In this document: piece after piece, positions 10,342 to 19,182 of the stretch
Position numbering within the stretch: position 1 is the stretch's first letter
Layout of the letters: the number at the start of each line of letters is the position of its first letter
Assembly: GCA_963809475.1 (NCBI GenBank)
Contig: CAWEJS010000001.1
Location: forward strand, 410,125-474,124
DNA: 64,000 nt
From: an uncultured Acidobacteriota bacterium
GTDB taxonomy: Bacteria; Acidobacteriota; Vicinamibacteria; Vicinamibacterales; JAKQTR01
Reading direction: 5' to 3'
The notes under the pieces: generated by a model
Told to the model about the DNA's origin: nothing
Database searches by the model: none
What the model saw: only the letters and a program-made list of their open reading frames with translations
Program-made: the position numbers and the translations under genes

Positions 10342-10890
10342 ATGCGGCCCGCGGCGGCGTGCGCGTTTGCCCTTCTCCTGGGCCTGTATCCGGCGATCGT
10401 CGGCGCGCAGAGCACGCCCGCCGGCGCCCCGGCTTCCACGCCCCCGTCTCCAGGCGTATCGGCCGACCAGGTCCGATCCGCGGCGGCCGCCGCGGCGACG
10501 GTCGTCTCGCTCGACCGGATCAAGCGCGGCCTCAGGCAGTCGGCGCCCTCGACCGTCAAGACACCCCTGAGGCTCGAGTACTACGTGGAGGTCCTGGGCG
10601 TGGCGCCGCCCATCTCGCTCTTCGAGATGGACGACCTCAGCTCCGGCCGCCTGCCGTACAACGCGCCCAGCTACGCGGACATGCGCAACGTGATGACGCC
10701 CGCCGAGTTCAGGGCCCCGGTCGTGTCCTTCAGCAACATCGCCAGGGGCGGTGCCAGGACGATCCTCGACCGGTCGGCCCAGCGCGCGCGCGCGCGGCGG
10801 CTGGAGGATGCGCGGCGGAAGGCGCTCGAGACGGAGCACGAGCGCCAGCAGAAACTCAGGGAAACCGTCGTCGTCGCTCCTCCGAAGTAG
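10342..10890 (+). CDS. hypothetical secreted protein
   Basis: The ATG at 10342 gives a signal-peptide-like start (MRPAAACAFALLLGLYPAIVGAQ). The C-terminus is charged and coiled. No family recognised. Confidence 0.5.
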   Translation: MRPAAACAFALLLGLYPAIVGAQSTPAGAPASTPPSPGVSADQVRSAAAAAATVVSLDRIKRGLRQSAPSTVKTPLRLEYYVEVLGVAPPISLFEMDDLSSGRLPYNAPSYADMRNVMTPAEFRAPVVSFSNIARGGARTILDRSAQRARARRLEDARRKALETEHERQQKLRETVVVAPPK

Positions 10891-11857
10891 CGGGGTGCAG
10901 CGCCCGAGCGAAGGCGCGGGCGGTCTGCGCGACCCTCGGCCCCGGCACGACCAACTCGCCGCCATAGAGCAGGTGCACGCGGCCGTTCTTCACCGCGGGT
11001 ACGGCTGGCAGCTGGTTCCACGCCTGGCGCTCGCGGGCCTCCTCACCGGACGCCGCCCGTTCCAGATAGTGCAGCTCGATGATGGCCTCCGGCCTGCGCG
11101 CGAGGATCGTCTCGGTTGACGCCACCGCCGACTCGCGTGTCACGTCGCCGAACACGTTGTCGCCCCCGGCCAGTTCGAGCAGGTCGTGCAGGAACCCCAC
11201 GCCGCCGCTCACGTTGACGGCGCGCAGTGACTGCGGCTCCCGGCCGATCACCAAAGCCGTTCTGGGCCGGGGAAGACCCGCGACACTGGCCCGGACGCGT
11301 TCCAGGTCGCGTTCGAGAGAGGAGGCGGCCGCCTCGGCTTCCGCGGTCAGGCCCAGCCTGGCCCCGAGACTGCGCATGCCCGCCGTGATGTCGGCGAGCG
11401 AGCCGTGCTTGTAGACATAGAGCGGAATTCCCGCGCGATCGAGCTGGGCGCGCAGGTCCGTCTGGCTGGCATACGCCACCACGAGGTCCGGGCGGAGCGA
11501 CAGGATCCGCTCCACGTCGGGGTCGACGAGCGCGCCGACGCGTGCCAGCCCTTCGACCTCGGGCGGAAAGTGGTCGAAGCTGCTCACCGCCACCACGCGC
11601 GGCCCCGCTCCGATGGCGAACAGCACCTCGGTCGCCGACGGGACGAGGGAGATGACGCGCGCGGGCACATGGCCGGGCTGCTCGACCCGGCCACCCGGGG
11701 GCTCCCCTCGACTTCGCTCGGGGCCAGGAAGCCCCCGGGCTACGACGACCTGCGTGGCGGGCGATACACCCGTGAGCAGAATAAGGGTCAGGAGAAGCGT
11801 GGCGGTTGGCGTGACAGCCCCAGTCCCGAGCCCCGAGCCCCGAGGCCCAATCCTCAT
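10856..11857 (-). CDS. ABC transporter periplasmic binding protein, cobalamin/Fe-siderophore type (BtuF-like)
   Basis: RVISLVPSATEVLFAIG...VVAVS...LRPDLVV pattern of PBP class 8. ATGA start/stop overlap with the upstream permease. Confidence 0.8.
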   Translation of the reverse strand: MRIGPRGSGLGTGAVTPTATLLLTLILLTGVSPATQVVVARGLPGPERSRGEPPGGRVEQPGHVPARVISLVPSATEVLFAIGAGPRVVAVSSFDHFPPEVEGLARVGALVDPDVERILSLRPDLVVAYASQTDLRAQLDRAGIPLYVYKHGSLADITAGMRSLGARLGLTAEAEAAASSLERDLERVRASVAGLPRPRTALVIGREPQSLRAVNVSGGVGFLHDLLELAGGDNVFGDVTRESAVASTETILARRPEAIIELHYLERAASGEEARERQAWNQLPAVPAVKNGRVHLLYGGELVVPGPRVAQTARAFARALHPATSEERRRRFP

Positions 11858-12858
11858 CGCTGCCTCACCAGCAGCCACAGGAAGAACGGCCCCCCGACGA
11901 GCGCGGTGATGATGCCGACCGGCAGCTCGATGGGCGCCATCACCGTGCGCGCGACGACGTCGGCGGCGACGAGAAACGCGGCCCCGAAGAGGGCCGACGC
12001 CGGAAGCGTCACGCGATGGTCTGCTCCCACCATCAGCCGCACGAGATGCGGAACGATGATGCCGATGAACCCGATGGGCCCGCCGAGTGATACCGCCGCG
12101 CCGGTGGCCATCGACGCGCTGAAGAACGCGACGCGCTGCACGCGCAGCACGTTCACGCCGCGCGAGGCGGCGGCGTCGGTGTCCAGGCTCAGCAGGTTCA
12201 GCGCCCTGGGCAGCCAGGCGAACGCGACGAAGGCGGCCGCGCAGAGCGGCAGGGCGGCCAGGATCGGCGCGTAGCCGGCGACGTCGAGGTCGCCCATCAG
12301 CCAGCGCACCGTGCGCAGCGCCTCCGCCGAGTCGGCGACGTACTGCACGAACAGAATCAGCGCCGAGAAGAACGCGTTCAGCGTCACGCCCGCGAGCAGC
12401 AGGACGTTCGTCGAGAAGCCGCTGTGGCGGGCGCGGGCCATGCCGTAGACGATGCCCACGGCGCCGAGGGAGCCGGCGAAACTCGCGGCGGTGACCGCCG
12501 ACACGCCCCAGAACGACAGGTGCAGCCGCAGCGTGATGGCCAGCATCGCCCCCAGGGCCGAGCCGGCGGACACGCCGAGGGTGAATGGCGTCGCGAGGGG
12601 ATTGCGGAGCAGCGCCTGGAAGACCACGCCTGCCGCGGCCAGCGTGGCGCCGACCAGCGCGCCTGCCAGGGCGCGCGGCAGTCTCGCGATGAAGAAGATC
12701 TGGGCGTCGACGTTGTCGGCGAAGGGAATCGAGCGGTCGAACGCGCGGCCCAGTCGGATCGGCGTCGTGCCGATGAGCGGCGCGGCCATCACGGCGGCGA
12801 ACGCCAGGCCTCCGAACACGAGCATCGACACGGCGAGGCGGCGGCGGACGTCAGTCAC
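11854..12858 (-). CDS. FecCD/BtuC-family ABC permease
   Basis: 334 aa, multi-TM, with a conserved C-terminus (GPIGFIGIIVPHLVR...ELPVGIITALVGGPFFLWLL). Confidence 0.85.
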   Translation of the reverse strand: MTDVRRRLAVSMLVFGGLAFAAVMAAPLIGTTPIRLGRAFDRSIPFADNVDAQIFFIARLPRALAGALVGATLAAAGVVFQALLRNPLATPFTLGVSAGSALGAMLAITLRLHLSFWGVSAVTAASFAGSLGAVGIVYGMARARHSGFSTNVLLLAGVTLNAFFSALILFVQYVADSAEALRTVRWLMGDLDVAGYAPILAALPLCAAAFVAFAWLPRALNLLSLDTDAAASRGVNVLRVQRVAFFSASMATGAAVSLGGPIGFIGIIVPHLVRLMVGADHRVTLPASALFGAAFLVAADVVARTVMAPIELPVGIITALVGGPFFLWLLVRQR

Positions 12859-13696
12859 GGCCGAGCCTGCGAAGCGGGACGACCGTCAGGTGCCCGGCGG
12901 CGTGGTGCGGATACACGTCGGCGACGACGCCGTAGAGCGCCTGGATGGAGAGGCTCGTCAGCGTGTCGCCGGTGGGCCCCGACGCCACGACGCGCCCGTC
13001 CGAGAGCATCACCAGCGAGCCGCACAGCGCGGCGGCGAAGTTCAGGTCGTGCGTGGCGACGACGATCGTCAGGGCGCGGTCTCGGTTGAGCCGGGCGAGG
13101 AGCGCCGCGATGTCGAACTGGGCGCCGATGTCGAGCGACGCGGTCGGCTCGTCGAGCAGCAGGATCTCGGCCTGCTGCGCGAGGGCGCTCGCGATCACGA
13201 CGCGCTGCTTCTCACCGCCGGAGAGCGTGGCGAAGCGGCGGCGCTCCAGCGCGGCGGTGCCCGTCGCGGCGAGGGCCTCCCGCGCGAGCGCCACGTCGCG
13301 CGGCCCTTCGAGCTGAAAGGTGCCGAGATGCGGGTAGCGGCCCATGAGGGCGATCTCGAGCACCGAGTAGTCGAACGCCAGGTGGGTTTCCTGCGGCACG
13401 ACCGCCATCGAGCGCGCCAGCAGGCCGCGCGGGATCGACGCCAGGGTCACCCCTTCGAGCGTGACCGCCCCGGATTCGGGCGTCAGCATGCCGGCCAGCA
13501 GGCGCAGCAGCGTGGTCTTGCCGGACCCGTTGGGCCCGAGAATGCCGACGATCCGGCCGCGCTCGATCGCGACGCTGACACCCTGCACGCCCGGCAGCGC
13601 GGGCCCGGCCCATCCCGGCGCCACGCCGGGCGCAGGGCGGTGCGCGGCTCCGGCGCCTCGGTCGTGGACATACGTGACGTCAGCGGCCCGCAGCAA
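12851..13696 (-). CDS. ABC transporter ATP-binding protein (BtuD/FecE-like)
   Basis: Walker A (GPNGSGKTTLL), signature (LSGGEKQR) and Walker B (LLLDEP). The 424-aa track ORF is trimmed to a TTG at 13696 because its upstream part overlaps the receptor gene, so the start is uncertain. Confidence 0.8.
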   Translation of the reverse strand: MLRAADVTYVHDRGAGAAHRPAPGVAPGWAGPALPGVQGVSVAIERGRIVGILGPNGSGKTTLLRLLAGMLTPESGAVTLEGVTLASIPRGLLARSMAVVPQETHLAFDYSVLEIALMGRYPHLGTFQLEGPRDVALAREALAATGTAALERRRFATLSGGEKQRVVIASALAQQAEILLLDEPTASLDIGAQFDIAALLARLNRDRALTIVVATHDLNFAAALCGSLVMLSDGRVVASGPTGDTLTSLSIQALYGVVADVYPHHAAGHLTVVPLRRLGRD

Positions 13697-15950
13697 GGCG
13701 CACTCCGACGGAGAACGCGCGGCGGGGCGCGGGGTAGCCGAAGGCCGATTCGTACCGCCGATCGAACAGGTTGTCGACCCGGGCCACCACGTCGGCCTGC
13801 CTGTTGAGATGGATGGCCGCGCCCGCGTCGGCCACAGCAAAGCCGGGCGAGTGGAAGAGGCCGCCCGACGCGCCCCAGTTGGGCTCGACGTCGAGGACGC
13901 GAGACCGCCCGCCCGCGCGCACATACAGCGTGGCGCGGGGGTGCCGCCAGAGGACATCGGCGCTCGCCTGATGGCGCGGCCGCCGGATGAGCCGGTCGCC
14001 GACTGCGAAGGGGGCCGGGGCGGCGCCGGACGACCGGTCCACCGCGAGGATGGCGGTGTCGAGGACGGAATACGTCGCGTGGGCCTCGATACCGCCCCGC
14101 GTGCGGACCGCGAGGGTCGTCTCAACGCCGCGCGCCCGCGCGTTGGAGATGTTGTCCGTGCGATAGCGGCTGTAGTCCTGGAGCGCGCGCCCGACGGCCA
14201 CGATCAGATCGTCGTACCGGTTGTCGAAGCACGTCGCGTCGACGGTGACGCGGCCGCCGGCGAGCGCCTGTTCGAACCCCAGGTCCACGCTCCGGCTGCG
14301 TTCCGGCGCAAGGCGCGGATTGTCGGTGAACGCGATCTCGAACGCGTCCGGCGGGCGGATGCCCGTCCCGGCGCTGGCGTGCGCCCGGCTCCAGTTGCCG
14401 CTGCTGCCGTCGGACGTCCTCAGGTAGTAGCTCACGGCGGCGCGCGGGTTGAGAGACACCACGCGGTCCGCGGCCATGGCCGGCCGGGGTTCCCACGCCA
14501 GAGGATCCGCCTCGAGGGCGCCGCGCACGATGTGCTCGGCGCGCAGGCCCGCCGTCGCGAAGAGGCGCGACATCGACCGCCACCGCAGCTCGCCGAAGTA
14601 GCCCTCCACGCGCCGCTCGACCGGGATCCGCTGCGCGGCCGATCCCGTGATGTACGTGCTGTCCGCGCGCTCGAGTTCGAGCGCCGCGCCGGCCGATCCG
14701 CCGAGCGCCCTCGTGAACGCGCGATCCACCTGCCCGCGTGCCGTGTAGCGCCGGGTCCGCGACGCCGAATCGCCCCACGGGCTCACGAACGTCGACCGTT
14801 CGTCGGCCGCGCTCGACTGCAGCCGCACCGCGGTCGCCGCTCCCCACTCGCGCGTGAACTCGAGCGAGCCCACGCGGAAGTCGTTCGTGCCCCGCGAGAC
14901 GCGGTCGATGCCGGCGTACGCGCCGAGCGGATCCGATCCGAACGGACCCGGGTTGCCGCGTTCGTTCGAGCCGTAGCGGGCGGCCGCGCGGAGGGTCGAC
15001 CGTGCCCCCGCGCGCCAGGCGGCCGAGAGCGACACCGTCGAGGCGCGGTAATCGTCGTTCGTGACAGTGCCTGCCGTGGGGTTCGGCGCCTCGCCGGTCC
15101 ATCCGTCGCTCGCCGCCCGCTCGGCGCTGACGCCCCAGTCGATCGGGCCGCGCGACCCGGTCCAGCCGACGGCCGCGCGGGTCGTTCCGTACGATCCGGC
15201 CTCGAGCAGGCTCGACCAGGCCGGCGGCCCGCCGACCTTCGACCGCAGCTGGATCACGCCCCCGATGGCGTCGGCGCCGAACACCGCGCTCTGCGGCCCG
15301 CGGACGATTTCGACCTGGCCGAGGCCGAAGGTCGTGAGGTGGCCGAAGTCGAACCCGCCGCCGAAGCTGTTCAGCTTGACGCCGTCGACGAGAACCAGGG
15401 TGAAGTCCGACTCGCCCCCGCGCGGAAACACGGCCGTCACGCTTCCGAGGCCGCCCGACGGCGCCACCGTCGTGCCCGGCACCAGGCGCAGCGCCTCGGC
15501 CACCGTCGTCAACTGGCGGTCGTCGAGATCGCGCCGCGTGAGCACCGACACGCCCGCGGTCGTTTCCGATCGCGGCACCTCGACGAAGGAGGCCGACACG
15601 ACGACCGTGTCCGTCAGCGCGGCGATTCGCAGGGTGATCTCCACGCGAAGGGCGTCGGCGGGCGCGATGACGGCGCGCACGGGATCGGCGGCGAAGCCGT
15701 CTGCCGTTGCAATCAACTCATAGGTGCCGGGAGGCAGCGCAGCGAACGAGAAGGTGCCGTCCGCGAGGCTGGCGGCGCGGCGGACGGTGCCGGGTCCCGA
15801 GCGCAGGCTCAGGACCGCGCCGGCAACCGGCTGGCCCGACGGATCGAGCACGCGCCCGTGGATGGAGGCCGGGTCCGCGAAGGCGGGTGGCGCCATCGCG
15901 AGGAGCAGACTCGTGGCGAGGATGAGTGGGACAACGAAGATCGGACGCAT
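13680..15950 (-). CDS. TonB-dependent outer-membrane receptor with N-terminal CarboxypepD_reg domain (BtuB-like by context)
   Basis: Signal peptide, then a carboxypeptidase-regulatory-like fold (GRVLDPSGQPVAGAVLSL...DGTFSFAALPPGTYEL), then plug (VVVSA...) and barrel. It sits directly downstream of a cobalamin riboswitch. Confidence 0.85.
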   Translation of the reverse strand: MRPIFVVPLILATSLLLAMAPPAFADPASIHGRVLDPSGQPVAGAVLSLRSGPGTVRRAASLADGTFSFAALPPGTYELIATADGFAADPVRAVIAPADALRVEITLRIAALTDTVVVSASFVEVPRSETTAGVSVLTRRDLDDRQLTTVAEALRLVPGTTVAPSGGLGSVTAVFPRGGESDFTLVLVDGVKLNSFGGGFDFGHLTTFGLGQVEIVRGPQSAVFGADAIGGVIQLRSKVGGPPAWSSLLEAGSYGTTRAAVGWTGSRGPIDWGVSAERAASDGWTGEAPNPTAGTVTNDDYRASTVSLSAAWRAGARSTLRAAARYGSNERGNPGPFGSDPLGAYAGIDRVSRGTNDFRVGSLEFTREWGAATAVRLQSSAADERSTFVSPWGDSASRTRRYTARGQVDRAFTRALGGSAGAALELERADSTYITGSAAQRIPVERRVEGYFGELRWRSMSRLFATAGLRAEHIVRGALEADPLAWEPRPAMAADRVVSLNPRAAVSYYLRTSDGSSGNWSRAHASAGTGIRPPDAFEIAFTDNPRLAPERSRSVDLGFEQALAGGRVTVDATCFDNRYDDLIVAVGRALQDYSRYRTDNISNARARGVETTLAVRTRGGIEAHATYSVLDTAILAVDRSSGAAPAPFAVGDRLIRRPRHQASADVLWRHPRATLYVRAGGRSRVLDVEPNWGASGGLFHSPGFAVADAGAAIHLNRQADVVARVDNLFDRRYESAFGYPAPRRAFSVGVRLAAGR

Positions 15951-15994
15951 TCGACCTCCGATCGGTGTGACCGCGCACCGATGGATCTACCGTG

Positions 15995-16172
15995 CTGGTC
16001 GGATCGCCAGGTGTCCTGACTCGCGGATCCTCACGCGCGCGTTTCGTCTTCCAGCGCCTCGAGGCGCCGTGACGGGCAGCCGATGTGCGGCTGCCGCAAC
16101 TGCGCACGCTCCCCGCTTACAGTGGCGGGACCGTGTGGGTTTCTCACCCAACTTCCCTGGCCGACCGACCGG
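15995..16172 (-). promoter_or_regulatory. cobalamin (B12) riboswitch
   Basis: The minus strand reads GGTCGGCCAGGGAAGTTGGGTGAGAAACCCACACGGTCCCGCCACTGTAAGCGGGGAGC ... GAGTCAGGACACCTGGCGATCCGACC. This covers the conserved core (AGGGAA..GGTG.GAA.CC...CCCGCCACTGT), the B12 box (AGTCAGGACACCTGGC) and P1 closure (GGTCGG/CCGACC). A hairpin (ATCGGTG/CACCGAT) abuts the GGAGG RBS. Confidence 0.8.
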
Positions 16173-16190
16173 GATGTGTTGCCAGTTGCG

Positions 16191-16196
16191 AGTATA
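16191..16196 (-). promoter_or_regulatory. candidate -10 box (TATACT) for the riboswitch transcript
   Basis: TATACT lies about 20 nt upstream of riboswitch P1, with CTGACC about 17 nt further upstream inside the repeat. Weak evidence. Confidence 0.3.
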
Positions 16197-16209
16197 GCAC
16201 TCGCGGCCT

Positions 16210-16271
16210 GTGGGGTCAGACTCGACCGCCCGACGAGCCGGTGGGGTCAGACTCGACCGCCCGACGAGCCA
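16210..16271. repeat. 31-bp tandem direct repeat, 2 copies (GTGGGGTCAGACTCGACCGCCCGACGAGCC + 1 nt)
   Basis: Copies at 16210..16240 and 16241..16271 are identical over 30 nt. Confidence 0.9.
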
Positions 16272-16295
16272 AGCGGTCGAGTCTGACCCCACCGG
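16238..16295 (-). terminator. 23-bp perfect hairpin immediately after the stop of the Gfo/Idh/MocA gene
   Basis: CCGGTGGGGTCAGACTCGACCGC (16238..16260) pairs with GCGGTCGAGTCTGACCCCACCGG (16273..16295) around a 12-nt loop. It begins 2 nt after the stop codon. There is no clear U tract. Confidence 0.55.
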
Positions 16296-16296
16296 C

Positions 16297-17652
16297 TCAG
16301 ATCTCGACCTTCCTCGTCGTCCTGTTCCACCGCACGGGCTTGCCGGCCTTGTGCGACAGGTTGCACATGTGGCCGACCAGGGCCGCGTGGTGGCCGAAGC
16401 GCACGTCCTCGACCGGCTTGCCGCCGGTTCGGATGGCTTCGATCCAGTTCCGCATGTGCGCCCGGGTGGAATCCTCGTCGTTCGGCGACTTGTACTCGAC
16501 CGGTTCAGCCGCGTCCGGTCCGTCGAGGGCGGAGAGCCTGTCGTTGAGGCCCATCAGTTCCTTGAACCGGGCCGTCGTGGCTTTCGGCCACGAATGGGTC
16601 GAGTAGCCGAAGCTGTCCGATCGGGGCTCGTGGAAGAACTTGAACGAGTCGCCGTTGTACTCCATCGTCCCGGCGGTGCCGTAGAAGGTGAGGATCGGGC
16701 CCGGGTGGCTGTTGACGGCCGTGGCCGTGAGGCGAAGCACGAACCCGTCCGGATACTTCACCAACGACGTCATCTGGTCCGGCACCTCGCGGTAGTCCTT
16801 CCAGTTGTAGATGTCGGCGAACGTGAAGACGCTCTCGGGCTCCTGCACGCCCATGAGTTGGTGCGTGGCCGTGATGAGGTGGACGAACAGGTCCGTGGGC
16901 AGGCCGCCGGAGTAGTCCCAGAAGAGCCGCCACTGGAAGAAGCGGCGGAGGTCGAAGTCGTGCGGCGGCGCGGCGCCGAGGAACCGCTTGAAGTCCACGG
17001 TGGCCGGGGACGCGTCCGGCGGAATCGGGTAGTACCACGCGCCGGTGGCGGAGTTGCGGTGGATCTTGCCCTCGACGAGCGTGACCTGCCCCAGCCTGCC
17101 GCTCTTGATGAACTCGGCTGCGCGCTTCGCGCATCCCATGCTCATGTACTGGCTGCCGGCCTGCAGGACCTTGCCGCTCTTCTCGGCCGCGGCGATGAAC
17201 GCCTCGCCTTCCTCCCACGAGTGTGTCATCGGCTTCTCGACGTAGACGTGCTTCCCGGCGGCCAGCGCCTCCTGCGTCATCTTCAGGTGCCAGTGATCCG
17301 GGACCGCAATGGCGACGGCGTCGATGTCGGCGCGGGAGAGGATCTCCGTGTAGTCGCCGGTCACGGCCGGGACCGGCGAGATGAGCTCCTGCGCCCTGTC
17401 GAGGTGGCCCTTGTAGCAGTCGGCAACGGCGACGATCTGGGCGCCGGCGATTCCCGACGCCGCTTCCATCAACAGCGTGCCGCGGATGCCCACGCCGACG
17501 AACCCCAGGCGAACCGGTTTGAGCGTCATCCCCGCGGAGTTGTTGGTCTGCGCTGCGCTCCTTCGAGGCGCGCCGACCGCGGAGGCGGCAGCCGCCGCCA
17601 ACGCCGACTTCTGAAGGAACTGCCTGCGATTCATCGAGTTCTGGGCCGCCAT
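16297..17652 (-). CDS. Gfo/Idh/MocA-family oxidoreductase with twin-arginine signal
   Basis: TAT motif (NRRQFLQKSALAAAAA), Rossmann motif (LGFVGVGIRG) and the family motif AVPDHWH...GKHVYVEKP. Confidence 0.85.
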   Translation of the reverse strand: MAAQNSMNRRQFLQKSALAAAAASAVGAPRRSAAQTNNSAGMTLKPVRLGFVGVGIRGTLLMEAASGIAGAQIVAVADCYKGHLDRAQELISPVPAVTGDYTEILSRADIDAVAIAVPDHWHLKMTQEALAAGKHVYVEKPMTHSWEEGEAFIAAAEKSGKVLQAGSQYMSMGCAKRAAEFIKSGRLGQVTLVEGKIHRNSATGAWYYPIPPDASPATVDFKRFLGAAPPHDFDLRRFFQWRLFWDYSGGLPTDLFVHLITATHQLMGVQEPESVFTFADIYNWKDYREVPDQMTSLVKYPDGFVLRLTATAVNSHPGPILTFYGTAGTMEYNGDSFKFFHEPRSDSFGYSTHSWPKATTARFKELMGLNDRLSALDGPDAAEPVEYKSPNDEDSTRAHMRNWIEAIRTGGKPVEDVRFGHHAALVGHMCNLSHKAGKPVRWNRTTRKVEI

Positions 17653-17896
17653 CTCGAACCTCCCTGCGGGCCCGGGCCGATGGCCCGTCCCGTCGGCGCA
17701 TGCTACGCGTCCCGGGAAACGGGTGTCAACGACCGTCCGGACGATCCCCGGTTTCCCCGCGACGGCACCGTGTCACCAAACCGCCCGGACCTGCGTCCTA
17801 TGAAAGGGGATTCATCCGGTCCTATTTGCCGGATCCCTGCCAAAACCGAAGAACCGCACGCTCAACCGAAGGCTTTCTGTAAGGAGGAAGACCGAC

Positions 17897-18499
<603 letters not shown>

Positions 18500-18522
18500 C
18501 GCTTCGCTCTCCAGACAATTAG

Positions 18523-18550
18523 TCAGTAGACAGTAGTCAGTATTCAGTAG
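18523..18550. repeat. AT-rich heptamer array TCAGTAG ACAGTAG TCAGTAT TCAGTAG
   Basis: Four tandem 7-mers in the sod/prx convergent spacer. An inverted partner array lies at 18591..18611. Confidence 0.85.
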
Positions 18551-18590
18551 AAAAGCCGGGGACCCGCGGCCACGCCGTCCCGTCCACCTT

Positions 18591-18611
18591 CTACTGGCTA
18601 CTGGCTACTGA
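18591..18611. repeat. inverted heptamer array CTACTGG CTACTGG CTACTGA (reverse complement of the 18523 array)
   Basis: Three 7-mers. The array overlaps the last codons and stop of the peroxiredoxin-like gene. Together with 18523..18550 it can form a stem of about 21 bp around a GC-rich loop. Confidence 0.85.
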
Positions 18612-19092
18612 TCCGCTTCAGTTCCCCCACGATGACGTCGTGTTCCGGAAACTCGGTCTGCCGGTCCGCCACGAACGCGTAGCGGACGATCCCGTCGCGG
18701 TCGATGAGGAAGAGGGCCGGGCGCGCGATGTTCCATGCGTCGAACCCGATCTGGTGCCACACGCCGTAGGCCTTCACCGTCTCGCGCGTGTCGTCGATCA
18801 GAATCTCGAGGGGCAGTCCCGTGTCCTCGAGGTAGCGCTTCACCTTTTCGGAGCGCTGCGCCACGACGGCCATCACCGTCGCGCCGAGATCCCGATACTG
18901 CTGCGAGTTGAGCGCCAGGTCGCCGAACCGGCGACGGCAGTTGGGTCACCACGTGCCCCGGTGGAACCCCAGCAGCACCGGACTTCGCGCCAGCGCCGCT
19001 TCCAGCGACACGGGCTCGCCCTTCTGGTTCGGCAGCGTGAAGAGCGGCGCCCGGTCGCCGGCCTTGAGAGTCGTGCTCTCGTCACGTGACAT
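18598..19092 (-). CDS. peroxiredoxin-like (AhpC/TSA/redoxin family) protein with in-frame TGA at the active-site position; candidate selenoprotein (U-x-x-C)
   Basis: The ATG at 19092 is preceded by GAGGAG. The reading frame gives MSRDESTTLKAGDRAPLFTLPNQKGEPVSLEAALARSPVLLGFHRGTW-TGA(18946..18948)-PNCRRRFGDLALNSQQYRDLGATV, then continues into the track ORF 18598..18876 in the same frame. The TGA replaces the first Cys of the redoxin W-C-P-x-C motif. Confidence 0.7.
18914..18938 (-). other. putative bacterial SECIS hairpin
   Basis: The core stem GUCGCCG / CGGCGAC starts 10 nt after the UGA and has an apical GUU (G and U in the loop, as in the fdhF SECIS). It is extended by GCC/GGC with a CU bulge. 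Confidence 0.5.
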
Positions 19093-19182
19093 TGCCCGGT
19101 TTCTCTCCTCGAGGCTCTCCAACCCGCCAACAGAATTGTTAGCGCCGCGTGGCCCGTTGCGAAAATAGACCCGACCCCTTTG

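Noticed and set aside
13685-13700. A second sigma54-like element (GGAGTGCGCCTTGC on the minus strand) at the receptor/ATPase junction.
   Set aside because: It has the correct GG-N10-GC spacing but a poor -24 box. It also lies inside overlapping coding sequence of a riboswitch-controlled operon, so it is probably a chance match.
16210-16295. A possible CRISPR array, because of identical ~30-bp direct repeats.
   Set aside because: There are only two copies and they are directly adjacent with no spacers. One further copy is inverted. No cas genes are nearby.
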